IMG/VR virus record: IMGVR_UViG_3300031519_008340
Location: 1-64,000 of that record
Reading direction: 5' to 3' (one strand)
DNA length: 64,000 nucleotides
DNA from: a virus
Taxonomy: Duplodnaviria; Caudoviricetes
The notes under the pieces were generated by a model, which worked only from the letters and a program-made list of their open reading frames with translations, searched no databases and had not been told where the DNA came from. The position numbers and the translations under genes were made by a program. Positions 1-7,153 of this stretch are shown one piece after another (position 1 is the stretch's first letter; every line of letters starts with the position of its first letter).

Positions 1-2
1 AT

Positions 3-275
3 ATGCGGAGTTTTATATTAGCATTCTGCCTTTTTCTTGTAGTCACTGTACTGGTCAATATTCGTGTGCAAGTAATCGAATACAAAGACGATAAAGGACA
101 CGTAGTGACAAGATGGGTATACCCACCCGCTCCGCCTTTTATATTGCCACAACCCAAACCCATAATGCCAATTGACCCAGGGGTCAATGTTGAACCACAA
201 GTGTATAAAGAAAAAAAGAGTTCACTTATGACAGTGTGGCGTGTTTTTAGATTTTTTTTTCAGATTTATAATTAA
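3..275 (+). CDS. small exported/membrane-anchored protein, Pro-rich
   Basis: ORF track; hydrophobic N-terminus followed by a PPAPP-rich segment. Confidence 0.6.
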   Translation: MRSFILAFCLFLVVTVLVNIRVQVIEYKDDKGHVVTRWVYPPAPPFILPQPKPIMPIDPGVNVEPQVYKEKKSSLMTVWRVFRFFFQIYN

Positions 276-478
276 TTTAATTTATAATCACTACCCACAC
301 AACCCACTTTGAATGTGTCAAACTCCGTAAAGTTTGTAATGGTGTCGTGCAGATTGTAGGCCAACTTATGTGCGTGTTGATCACACACAGCAAGGGTCGG
401 GTATGTGGCTATGTCTTCGGTCAAAAACGGAAAACAATCACCGCCCAGTGTACACACAACGGCGAGTATCTTGAACAT
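272..478 (-). CDS. small secreted Cys-containing hypothetical protein
   Basis: TAAATA 4 nt upstream of the ATG; hydrophobic N-terminus MFKILAVVC; resembles 3495..3809. Confidence 0.65.
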   Translation of the reverse strand: MFKILAVVCTLGGDCFPFLTEDIATYPTLAVCDQHAHKLAYNLHDTITNFTEFDTFKVGCVGSDYKLN

Positions 479-519
479 GCAGTATTTAACCGGTAAGTAC
501 TAGCTAAGGAGAGCTTGCA

Positions 520-702
520 ATGGGTATTCACTACGATTACAAATCTACTCGAGGAAACAAAGCACAGAAGAAAGAAGCCAAGCGTAAAGCAAGGGCACAA
601 GAGAGAAGAGCTAAAAAATCCTACAGTAGACCCAAAACCGAATCAAAACAAATGCACGATATCAATAAGACCATTACTTTGAGTGATATTCTTAAGTACT
701 AG
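520..702 (+). CDS. small highly basic (Lys/Arg-rich) protein
   Basis: SD AAGGAG upstream; KKEAKRKARAQERRAKK segment. Confidence 0.7.
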   Translation: MGIHYDYKSTRGNKAQKKEAKRKARAQERRAKKSYSRPKTESKQMHDINKTITLSDILKY

Positions 703-703
703 T

Positions 704-793
704 ATGAAAAAGAATTTTAAAGAATGGGGATTGACCTATGCAATACTCACAACTCTGACCATAGTTTTTTTATGGGGGTGGGGAATAATTTAA
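704..793 (+). CDS. 29-aa membrane micropeptide (MKKNFKEWGLTYAILTTLTIVFLWGWGII)
   Basis: hand-translated; starts 1 nt after the previous stop; TAATG overlap with the next ORF. Confidence 0.55.
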   Translation: MKKNFKEWGLTYAILTTLTIVFLWGWGII

Positions 794-882
794 TGCAACA
801 TTTAGAACTTTGGATACTGTTAGGTTTACTTTGTTTGTTAGCCATAGACGGCTTGCTGTTGAAATTCTTTCCTATAATGTAA
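793..882 (+). CDS. 29-aa membrane micropeptide (MQHLELWILLGLLCLLAIDGLLLKFFPIM)
   Basis: hand-translated; coupled by TAATG overlap. Confidence 0.55.
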   Translation: MQHLELWILLGLLCLLAIDGLLLKFFPIM

Positions 883-883
883 T

Positions 884-1006
884 ATGCAAAATTGGATCTT
901 AGGCGCAATACTTTTAATTTATCTCAGTCAATTTTTTAGCAGAAGTTGGATCTTTTGGTCAGCAGTTATCGCTTTTGCTTGTTATGCCGGTCTAAATATT
1001 TGGTAG
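884..1006 (+). CDS. 40-aa membrane micropeptide (MQNWILGAILLIYLSQFF...)
   Basis: hand-translated; 1 nt after the previous stop; entirely hydrophobic. Confidence 0.55.
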   Translation: MQNWILGAILLIYLSQFFSRSWIFWSAVIAFACYAGLNIW

Positions 1007-1172
1007 GCACATACTGAATCAAAACTGCAAACAGTTGAGCTACTAGAGCTACAATCAAGCATCTTGTTATTGCGTCAGCACTCCATGCCACACTCCAACC
1101 TAATGCAAACGTAGTTGCTGTAATGGCTATCCATATCGCAACCTTATGCATCTGGATCCCAGTCTGAATCAT
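966..1172 (-). CDS. small two-TM membrane protein
   Basis: ORF track; two hydrophobic stretches; true start may be the internal M (MHKVAIW). Confidence 0.55.
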   Translation of the reverse strand: MIQTGIQMHKVAIWIAITATTFALGWSVAWSADAITRCLIVALVAQLFAVLIQYVPTKYLDRHNKQKR

Positions 1173-1392
1173 CCAACCATCTCTGATTTATTTTATCCAT
1201 TAACCATACTACAACAGGAATCATCAATAAAAAAGTTATTTCACCTGCACGTTGACTGCCATAGCCGTTGTGCATCAACAACCAACTAACCAAAGTGGGT
1301 GGACACACTCCTACAAAAAACATAATAGGAAGACGATAAGGCCACGCAGGTCTGTAGTGATGAATGTAGTACCAAATATATTTCCAAAGCAT
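1144..1392 (-). CDS. small membrane protein
   Basis: ORF track; two hydrophobic segments and an acidic C-terminal tail. Confidence 0.6.
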   Translation of the reverse strand: MLWKYIWYYIHHYRPAWPYRLPIMFFVGVCPPTLVSWLLMHNGYGSQRAGEITFLLMIPVVVWLMDKINQRWLDDSDWDPDA

Positions 1393-1407
1393 ACAACTCG
1401 TAGTTAG

Positions 1408-1436
1408 TTGACTTTTTACTAAAGTGCTAATATAAT
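1408..1436 (+). promoter_or_regulatory. sigma70-type promoter of the tRNA-like RNA
   Basis: TTGACT-17 nt-TATAAT; expected TSS ~1443 coincides with the start of the cloverleaf. Confidence 0.85.
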
Positions 1437-1442
1437 AAAAAT

Positions 1443-1541
1443 ACTGAGGTGGTGGAATAATACACAGTGCGGTTTCGATCGCATGTCGCGAGAGTGATTT
1501 ACAGGTATGTGTTTTCGAACACTAATCCTGTCCTCAGCACC
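1443..1541 (+). ncRNA. atypical type-II tRNA-like RNA (8-nt anticodon loop, hairpin inserted in T-loop)
   Basis: CTGAGG/CCTCAG acceptor stem, Leu/Ser-like TGGTGGAA..CAC D-arm, GTGCG/CGCAT anticodon stem, GTCGC-GAGA-GTGAT variable arm, ACAGG/CCTGT T-stem, ends ACC. Confidence 0.7.
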
Positions 1542-1549
1542 TGAAGTGG

Positions 1550-1587
1550 CTGTAGACCCACCCGGATTCCTCTACAGGGGATCCGGG
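1550..1587 (+). other. strong hairpin with loop-complementary upstream strand (pseudoknot or switch)
   Basis: 1561-1570 pairs 1578-1587; the 7-nt loop 1571-1577 is the exact complement of 1550-1556. Confidence 0.6.
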
Positions 1588-1597
1588 TTATAAACAG

Positions 1598-1626
1598 TTG
1601 ACCTATTAGCCACTATCAGTTATAAT
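1598..1626 (+). promoter_or_regulatory. sigma70-type promoter of clpP (leaderless)
   Basis: TTGACC-17 nt-TATAAT; ATG lies 8 nt after the -10 hexamer. Confidence 0.85.
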
Positions 1627-1634
1627 ATTGTTAT

Positions 1635-2246
1635 ATGGGATTAACACCGGTAGTAATAGAACACACATCAAAAGGAGAGAGAAGTTATGACATTTTCTCT
1701 CGTTTATTAAAAGACAGAATTATAGTAATGGACGGCACTGTTGAAGACCACGTGGCGAGTGTGCTTTGTGCTCAATTGTTGTTTGCAGAATCTCAAGACC
1801 CAAAAAAAGAAATTACAATTTACATCAACAGCAGAGGAGGCCTAGTCACAGCAGGTATGGCCATCTATGATACCATGCAATACATTAAGTGTGATATTAG
1901 AACCATTGTTATGGGACAAGCCTGTTCAATGGCATCGCTGTTAGCATCTGCAGGTACTCCTGGTAAACGAATGATGTTGCCACACGCTAGGCACATGATT
2001 CATCAACCACTAGGCGGTGCTTCGGGACAAGCCACAGATGTTCAAATACAGGCAAACGAACTACTGCGTTGGAAAAAAGAACTTACAGAAATTTATGTTA
2101 AGACTACAGGCAAAACTTTTGAGCAGTTGGCCGCTGATATGGAAAGAGACAAGTTTATGACTTCAAAAGAATCTGTAGCATACGGATTAGCAGACGAAAT
2201 AATAACTACAAGAGACAAAGATGCCAAAGAACAAGACAAAGACTAA
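1635..2246 (+). CDS. clpP: ATP-dependent Clp protease proteolytic subunit
   Basis: [16 protein letters not shown], YINSx[10 protein letters not shown] (catalytic Ser), MIHQPLGG (His), ERDKFM. Confidence 0.97.
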   Translation: MGLTPVVIEHTSKGERSYDIFSRLLKDRIIVMDGTVEDHVASVLCAQLLFAESQDPKKEITIYINSRGGLVTAGMAIYDTMQYIKCDIRTIVMGQACSMASLLASAGTPGKRMMLPHARHMIHQPLGGASGQATDVQIQANELLRWKKELTEIYVKTTGKTFEQLAADMERDKFMTSKESVAYGLADEIITTRDKDAKEQDKD

Positions 2247-2436
2247 AAAACCCTACCTCAAGGTAATGATGGTTCCTGAAGATTCTAAAATGAAGGATCA
2301 TGGCTACTTTTACTATGCAAAGAAACCTACTAAAGGCGAAAAGAAAAACGACAAACTAAAACAGAGAAAATACGATCCCATTACTCAAAAACACATTTGG
2401 TGGGTAGAAAAAAAGTTACCACCTCACTCTAAATAA
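2221..2436 (+). CDS. rpmG: 50S ribosomal protein L33-like
   Basis: GYFYYAKK...[21 protein letters not shown] matches the Cys-less L33 pattern (GxFYxTxK...KYDPxxRKHVxFxE). Confidence 0.8.
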   Translation: MPKNKTKTKKPYLKVMMVPEDSKMKDHGYFYYAKKPTKGEKKNDKLKQRKYDPITQKHIWWVEKKLPPHSK

Positions 2437-2438
2437 AT

Positions 2439-2600
2439 TTAATTTAATTCTTCTATTAATACTGATACGACAGGATATGTACCGTGTACTTGTCTTTCTT
2501 CTGGGTGAGTTTCTACTGTTGGTAGAATAAAAGTCTTGAGTTGACTAGTAGAACTACATCCACTAGCCAACACAAATATTACAATTAATCTTTGGAACAT
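2439..2600 (-). CDS. 53-aa putative lipoprotein
   Basis: hand-translated; MFQRLIVIFVLASG-C lipobox-like; TAATG coupling to the upstream ORF. Confidence 0.5.
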   Translation of the reverse strand: MFQRLIVIFVLASGCSSTSQLKTFILPTVETHPEERQVHGTYPVVSVLIEELN

Positions 2601-2731
2601 TATTTTTTTCGAAGTCGTTTAACTTTTTTAAACTTTTTTTTGTTCTTAAATTCTTTTTTAAGAATTAAAGGTTCTTCTGGCATGTAGCCTTTCACAATGT
2701 TTTTCCAAAGTTTCCTAACTGCGGTTAGCAT
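2600..2731 (-). CDS. 43-aa Lys-rich peptide
   Basis: hand-translated MLTAVRKLW...KKVKRLRKK; 1 nt after the upstream stop. Confidence 0.45.
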   Translation of the reverse strand: MLTAVRKLWKNIVKGYMPEEPLILKKEFKNKKKFKKVKRLRKK

Positions 2732-2732
2732 T

Positions 2733-2843
2733 TTACTTTTTCCAAAACATGGCTTTAGATGCCACTGCTTTTAAATCGTCATACTTTTCATTTGCATACC
2801 ATCCAGCCGCGAAGCCAATGATAAATCCGATTGTTGTAAACAT
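2733..2843 (-). CDS. 36-aa single-TM peptide
   Basis: SD GGAGG upstream; MFTTIGFIIGFAAGWYANEK. Confidence 0.6.
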   Translation of the reverse strand: MFTTIGFIIGFAAGWYANEKYDDLKAVASKAMFWKK

Positions 2844-2886
2844 AGGTATTCCTCCGTTTGTTTTACTTGATCATATTTATCTTATT

Positions 2887-3261
2887 TTAGTAACCAAAAA
2901 GTAGTTCTCTAACCTGCGGATCAATTGATTCTTGTGACCATGGTGGAGTCATTGTTATTCTGGTATGACATTTTTTAATACCAGGAATGCTTTCTACAGC
3001 CATTGAGATATCTTTAGGTATCTGGTCCGCCGCTGGACAGAATGCGCTAGTCAATGTGTGTAAAATAAAACAGTGTCCTAGTTCGGTTACTTTAATATCG
3101 TATATTAAACCCAATTGATATATGTCTATAGGTAACTCAGGATCAAACACAGTTTTTAATTTGTCTTTGATTGTTTCTATATATTCTAAACGTGTAGATT
3201 CGTGATCCTCAATATCGTCTAGTGTCTTTAATAATCCAATGTTGTCATTTGTGCTTGACAT
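2887..3261 (-). CDS. DUF59/SufT-like Fe-S cluster assembly protein
   Basis: VFDPELPIDIYQLGLIYDI, LTSAFCPAA, PPWSQESI signature; TATAAT 6 nt upstream of the ATG. Confidence 0.92.
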   Translation of the reverse strand: MSSTNDNIGLLKTLDDIEDHESTRLEYIETIKDKLKTVFDPELPIDIYQLGLIYDIKVTELGHCFILHTLTSAFCPAADQIPKDISMAVESIPGIKKCHTRITMTPPWSQESIDPQVRELLFGY

Positions 3262-3297
3262 AATAATATTATATGCTATTATAATGATAAGTACAAT

Positions 3298-3495
3298 ATG
3301 AAAAAACTTATTTTAATAGCCCTTTTAGGATTATTTTTAACCGCTTGTTCAAAAGTCACAGACGCAGTTACCATTGGTAAAAAATGTGTAGTGAAAGATG
3401 ACAAAGTTGTTTACAGCTATGTTTGGTTATACAACAAGGCTTCAGGTCTTGATGCAAACACAGAACAGTGTAAACAGATAGCAGAAAAGAAATAA
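3298..3495 (+). CDS. small lipoprotein
   Basis: signal peptide with lipobox FLTA-C; TTGACA/TATAAT promoter at 3255-3285. Confidence 0.75.
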   Translation: MKKLILIALLGLFLTACSKVTDAVTIGKKCVVKDDKVVYSYVWLYNKASGLDANTEQCKQIAEKK

Positions 3496-3809
3496 TGTTT
3501 AAAATTTTGATTTTGGCCTACATGATAGGCCAGGATCCTATCATCACCCAACAGACTTTCCAAATGCAAAAACAATTTGCTACAATAGAAGAGTGCAAAC
3601 AAGAACTGTTACTTCAAACTAGAAACAACGGCACATACGATGTGTTGTGGGACTTTGTTAACAAAGGTCAGTTTGAGTGGGACTGGCTTGTAGCAGGTTG
3701 CAAAAATGATAAGACAGGCGAAGAATTTAGATTAGAGCCTACATATCCAAAAGGCAAACCCAAAGAGCTTGAGGGCTTAGATTTTACTAACGATAGACTA
3801 GAAGTTTAA
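3495..3809 (+). CDS. hypothetical protein
   Basis: TAATG-coupled ORF; resembles 272..478. Confidence 0.7.
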   Translation: MFKILILAYMIGQDPIITQQTFQMQKQFATIEECKQELLLQTRNNGTYDVLWDFVNKGQFEWDWLVAGCKNDKTGEEFRLEPTYPKGKPKELEGLDFTNDRLEV

Positions 3810-3811
3810 TT

Positions 3812-4531
3812 TTATTTTTTGTAAGACTTTAAATATTCAATATCTGCGTCAAGATATCTTTTACACTTTTCCCAAACCCAATTGTCTCTGTTTCTTATAT
3901 TAAGATCGTTCCTGACTCTCAACGTTGTACCATCTTCAATTTTTTTAGTTCTCCAAACTATATTTGGTTTATAAATGCAACGCCCGGCGCCACTGGCCAC
4001 TGTTTGGGTATAAGTGTCTACGTAGAAGTGCCAAAACATTGGAGGGCAAATGTATCCAAAATATTTTATCCAATCTTTAGTTACAGTAAAATGTGGACAG
4101 TTTAATTTCTCGTTTGGTTGTGGAACATATCTTTGTTGTGCCGCTATTTGCTTATCTGAGTAGCCTCTAGGCCTTCCTGTGTGAGGCACAATCATGTACA
4201 TAGGATCAGGTAAGTTTTTATATTCACTTACAATTTCTGTATCCCAGTCTTTACTTTTAAATTGAACATCATCACCTACTAATGCAACTATGTTATGTTT
4301 TGCTTGGTATGCCATTTGATTCCAACTGAAACAGGTGCTTTGATGAGGACCAATAGTTGCAATATACTTTTGATCAATACGTTTCGTATATTTTTTAATT
4401 GTAATGTCATCATCATTTAGATATAAAAGTATTTCTATATGATCAGGATGCTTTGCTGTGTCTAAAGCAGTTTCTATCATTAGTTTAGCACGATGTGGCC
4501 TTCCACGACTTGGTACACACAAACTTATCAT
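3812..4531 (-). CDS. glycosyltransferase family 2 (GT-A)
   Basis: ISLCVPSRGRP, LYLNDDD, LVGDDV (DXD-like). Confidence 0.85.
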   Translation of the reverse strand: MISLCVPSRGRPHRAKLMIETALDTAKHPDHIEILLYLNDDDITIKKYTKRIDQKYIATIGPHQSTCFSWNQMAYQAKHNIVALVGDDVQFKSKDWDTEIVSEYKNLPDPMYMIVPHTGRPRGYSDKQIAAQQRYVPQPNEKLNCPHFTVTKDWIKYFGYICPPMFWHFYVDTYTQTVASGAGRCIYKPNIVWRTKKIEDGTTLRVRNDLNIRNRDNWVWEKCKRYLDADIEYLKSYKK

Positions 4532-5532
4532 ATTAATTTTTTCTTCCAGGTATCAGGAGTTTGATCATTTACAATTTCTAAAGGCAAATGATATTGAAAC
4601 TTTTTTGTACCTCTAAGTCTTATGTACTCAGCAGTTTTTTGCACTGAGGTTCTAACGTTTGTAGAAGTTTTGTATCCTAATAATTTTCTTGCTTTATCAC
4701 TAGAACAAACTGCAATCTTTACTTCTTGTGGTCTATCTTTATGATATTCTGGATCGAGATTTAAACCAGTTTCGTTGGAACACATTTCAGCTAGCTGATT
4801 TATTGTACAAGGTTCTTCGTCAGGTCCAATGTTGACAACTTGTCCAACAACATCTTTTTGGAATGCCAGTGCGTTCAAACAATATAAACAATCATCAATG
4901 TAGGAAAAACATCTTTGTTGTTCTCCATCGCCGTATATAATTGGCTGTTTACCTTGCAACATTCTATTCAACATTATACTCATAACATTTCTAAATGGAT
5001 CATCGTATTTTTGTCTTGGTCCTACAATGTTGTGTGGCACTGCTATGACGTATTCCATACCGTGCGTATCACATAAATTTTTTAGGACATCCTCGCCTGC
5101 TTTTTTTGCTATGCCGTAAGGATCTTGTGGTCGGCATGTATAAGTTTCTTTGTAAGGCATTTCATCATGTTGGCCGTATCTTGCCATGCTTGAACAATAT
5201 ACAAAACGTTTTACTTTGTTTCTTATTGCCGCTGTTATTGTAGTAACACTTGCTTCAAAAATATTTTTAGTAACTAGCACAGGTGAAACTACTGAAAGTC
5301 CTTCGTAGGCCGTTGCCGCTGTGTGATAAACTATGTCACATCCTTTCATAGCATTTGATAAATTTTCTAAATCGCAACAGTCAATTTGATGAAACTCAAC
5401 TCCTTGTGGCACATTGTCAGCGTAGCCACCAATCATATTATCGTTCCCTACAACTGTGTGTCCGTTTGCAATCATTAGGTCTGCAAGATGTGAACCTAAA
5501 AATCCAGCAACACCTGTTATAAAAATTTTCAT
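4528..5532 (-). CDS. NAD-dependent nucleotide-sugar epimerase/dehydratase
   Basis: ITGVAGFLGSH Rossmann motif; YGIAK (YxxxK). Confidence 0.95.
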   Translation of the reverse strand: MKIFITGVAGFLGSHLADLMIANGHTVVGNDNMIGGYADNVPQGVEFHQIDCCDLENLSNAMKGCDIVYHTAATAYEGLSVVSPVLVTKNIFEASVTTITAAIRNKVKRFVYCSSMARYGQHDEMPYKETYTCRPQDPYGIAKKAGEDVLKNLCDTHGMEYVIAVPHNIVGPRQKYDDPFRNVMSIMLNRMLQGKQPIIYGDGEQQRCFSYIDDCLYCLNALAFQKDVVGQVVNIGPDEEPCTINQLAEMCSNETGLNLDPEYHKDRPQEVKIAVCSSDKARKLLGYKTSTNVRTSVQKTAEYIRLRGTKKFQYHLPLEIVNDQTPDTWKKKLI

Positions 5533-6170
5533 ATTGAATAATTATTCACAAACACAACATCAGGCCAAGTCTTTATTAATTGACTGAATCCTCTTTGAGT
5601 TAGGAATTTTGTTATTTGGCCGTTGCTTGAGCCGTATTTTTTTGAATTGTTGTTTAATTCTATCATGACATAGGTGCATTGGGATAGTGCTTCGGTTGCT
5701 CCTTTTAGCACTTCCATTTCGTATCCTTCCACATCTATCTTAATTAAGTCAATGTCGTTTATGCCAAAACTATCTATAGTTGTCATTAGTATGTCGCCAT
5801 TTGGTATAACACGTTTTTCTTGTGTAAAATTTATGTCTTCCGATGTTAATGAAACTTTGGCTTTTTGTGATCCTACTGCACAATGATGTGGTACAACATT
5901 GTCTTTTATGTTTTTCATCAAACAATCATAGTGCAACTGATCAGGTTCAAAAGCGTGAACCAAATTGGTATATTTGCTTATAGCATTGCTCCATGTGCCA
6001 CACCAAGCGCCAATGTCTAGTACATTATTGAAGTGTAGATCCTTACGATCCAAGTATTCAATAAATTTAAGCAAGCCTCTATTTTGTGTAAAAGGTTCAC
6101 CACTTTTCCATTTATCGATATGGATGTCGTTAGATGGCACCCAATACCCGTTTACATATTCAATGTTCAT
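5529..6170 (-). CDS. FkbM-family methyltransferase
   Basis: LDIGAWCG, HAFEP, IKIDVEGYE. Confidence 0.92.
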   Translation of the reverse strand: MNIEYVNGYWVPSNDIHIDKWKSGEPFTQNRGLLKFIEYLDRKDLHFNNVLDIGAWCGTWSNAISKYTNLVHAFEPDQLHYDCLMKNIKDNVVPHHCAVGSQKAKVSLTSEDINFTQEKRVIPNGDILMTTIDSFGINDIDLIKIDVEGYEMEVLKGATEALSQCTYVMIELNNNSKKYGSSNGQITKFLTQRGFSQLIKTWPDVVFVNNYSI

Positions 6171-6175
6171 TAAAA

Positions 6176-6415
6176 CTATTTAGACTTTTCGAGGTCCTTG
6201 TCTACATTTTCCCAGTTCTCGTCTTCAGATTTTTCCTGGCAAACTTTAGGAGCAAACATACAACCCAGCAGTTTTCCTATGGTTTCCGATTGTTCAATCA
6301 CAACACCTAGCGGTCCTGGCTCGTATTCTTCTTTAGGTTTTGCACATGCGGCCAAACTGATCAGAATGATCACTAGCAAAACTATAATGTATTTTTCAAT
6401 TTTTTTTTCGTTCAT
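6176..6415 (-). CDS. small lipoprotein
   Basis: hydrophobic N-terminus with SLAA-C; TATAAATA 5 nt upstream. Confidence 0.7.
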   Translation of the reverse strand: MNEKKIEKYIIVLLVIILISLAACAKPKEEYEPGPLGVVIEQSETIGKLLGCMFAPKVCQEKSEDENWENVDKDLEKSK

Positions 6416-6439
6416 GGAAATATTTATAGGATAGGTTGT

Positions 6440-6466
6440 ATGGGGTAATATAGGTATACTACCCCA
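6440..6466 (-). terminator. stem-loop downstream of 6474..6674
   Basis: TGGGGTA...TACCCCA inverted repeat in the intergenic space; no clear U-tract. Confidence 0.45.
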
Positions 6467-6473
6467 ATACAGT

Positions 6474-6674
6474 TTATATTTCGTTTTTGTCTACTTTGAT
6501 ATGTTTCAACACTTTACCAGCATTTGGTCCTTCTTTGACCATGTAGCCAGTAGTACCATTACCATATGTGTTGACACTGCCCTTGCTTCTTTGCAGGACG
6601 TTTAGTTTCTTTTGTTTTGCTTTTTCACTTGCGTATGATTTCAACATACGAGTGTGTCTATCTTCAGTGTCCAT
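6474..6674 (-). CDS. 66-aa basic hypothetical protein
   Basis: strong SD AAGGAGG; long structured 5'UTR. Confidence 0.8.
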   Translation of the reverse strand: MDTEDRHTRMLKSYASEKAKQKKLNVLQRSKGSVNTYGNGTTGYMVKEGPNAGKVLKHIKVDKNEI

Positions 6675-6750
6675 AAGTCGCCTCCTTTTACTTTAGTTGG
6701 CCACTTTTAACTGATGTGGATCAGCCACTTTTAAACCATGTGAATGGTAG
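6675..6750 (-). promoter_or_regulatory. structured 5'UTR of tandem 24-nt hairpin+linker units
   Basis: minus strand ACCAT-TCAC-ATGGT-TTAAAAGTGG-CTGAT-CCAC-ATCAG-TTAAAAGTGG...TAAAAGGAGG; TTGACA-16-TACAAT promoter upstream (~6756-6783). Confidence 0.65.
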
Positions 6751-6889
6751 TTTTTATTGTAACAAATATTTAGTAATTGTCAACATGGATCAAGTGTATA
6801 TGTTTTAATTTTACCAGTGCTGTGTGCCTTTGTGTGTGCGTTTAAACGGTAGACTAAACACCCTTTATAGTGTAATATTTAGACATGAT

Positions 6890-6963
6890 GCTCCCATAGT
6901 TAAATGGTATAACATCTCCATGGTAAGGAGGCGTTCTAAGTTCGATTCTTGGTGGGAGCACCA
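6890..6963 (+). tRNA. trnT: tRNA-Thr (GGT)
   Basis: cloverleaf GCTCCCA/TGGGAGC, anticodon loop ATGGTAA, TTCGATT T-loop, encoded CCA. Confidence 0.93.
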
Positions 6964-7040
6964 TCTAAATGCAAAACAAAGGACTCAACAACTTATTTGG
7001 TTCTTTTGGTAGATTTGGTGAATTTGGTAAAACAAAAGTA

Positions 7041-7115
7041 GGTCCCTTCGTCTATCGGTTAGGACAGCTGGTTTTCATCCTGCAAAGAGGAGTTCGATTC
7101 TCCTAGGGACCGCCA
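7041..7115 (+). tRNA. trnE: tRNA-Glu (TTC)
   Basis: GGTCCCT/AGGGACC acceptor, anticodon loop TTTTCAT, G73, encoded CCA. Confidence 0.93.
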
Positions 7116-7153
7116 ACAAAATTTAATTTTTACAATTTATACGCAACTTAAAT

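Noticed and set aside
1443-1590. tmRNA (including the two-piece alphaproteobacterial type) or tRNA-Sec
   Set aside because: No GGGG 5' end or G3:U70 alanine identity, no tag reading frame, and no UCA anticodon; the element has a full cloverleaf instead.
6675-6750. Known riboswitch (SAM-II/SAM-V, preQ1-I, guanidine-II) or CRISPR repeat
   Set aside because: Lacks their conserved nucleotides as I recall them (e.g. ACGR loops for guanidine-II); only two units with no 30-40 nt spacers and no cas genes.
6824-7012. 62-aa ORF with GTG start
   Set aside because: It overlaps tRNA-Thr entirely.
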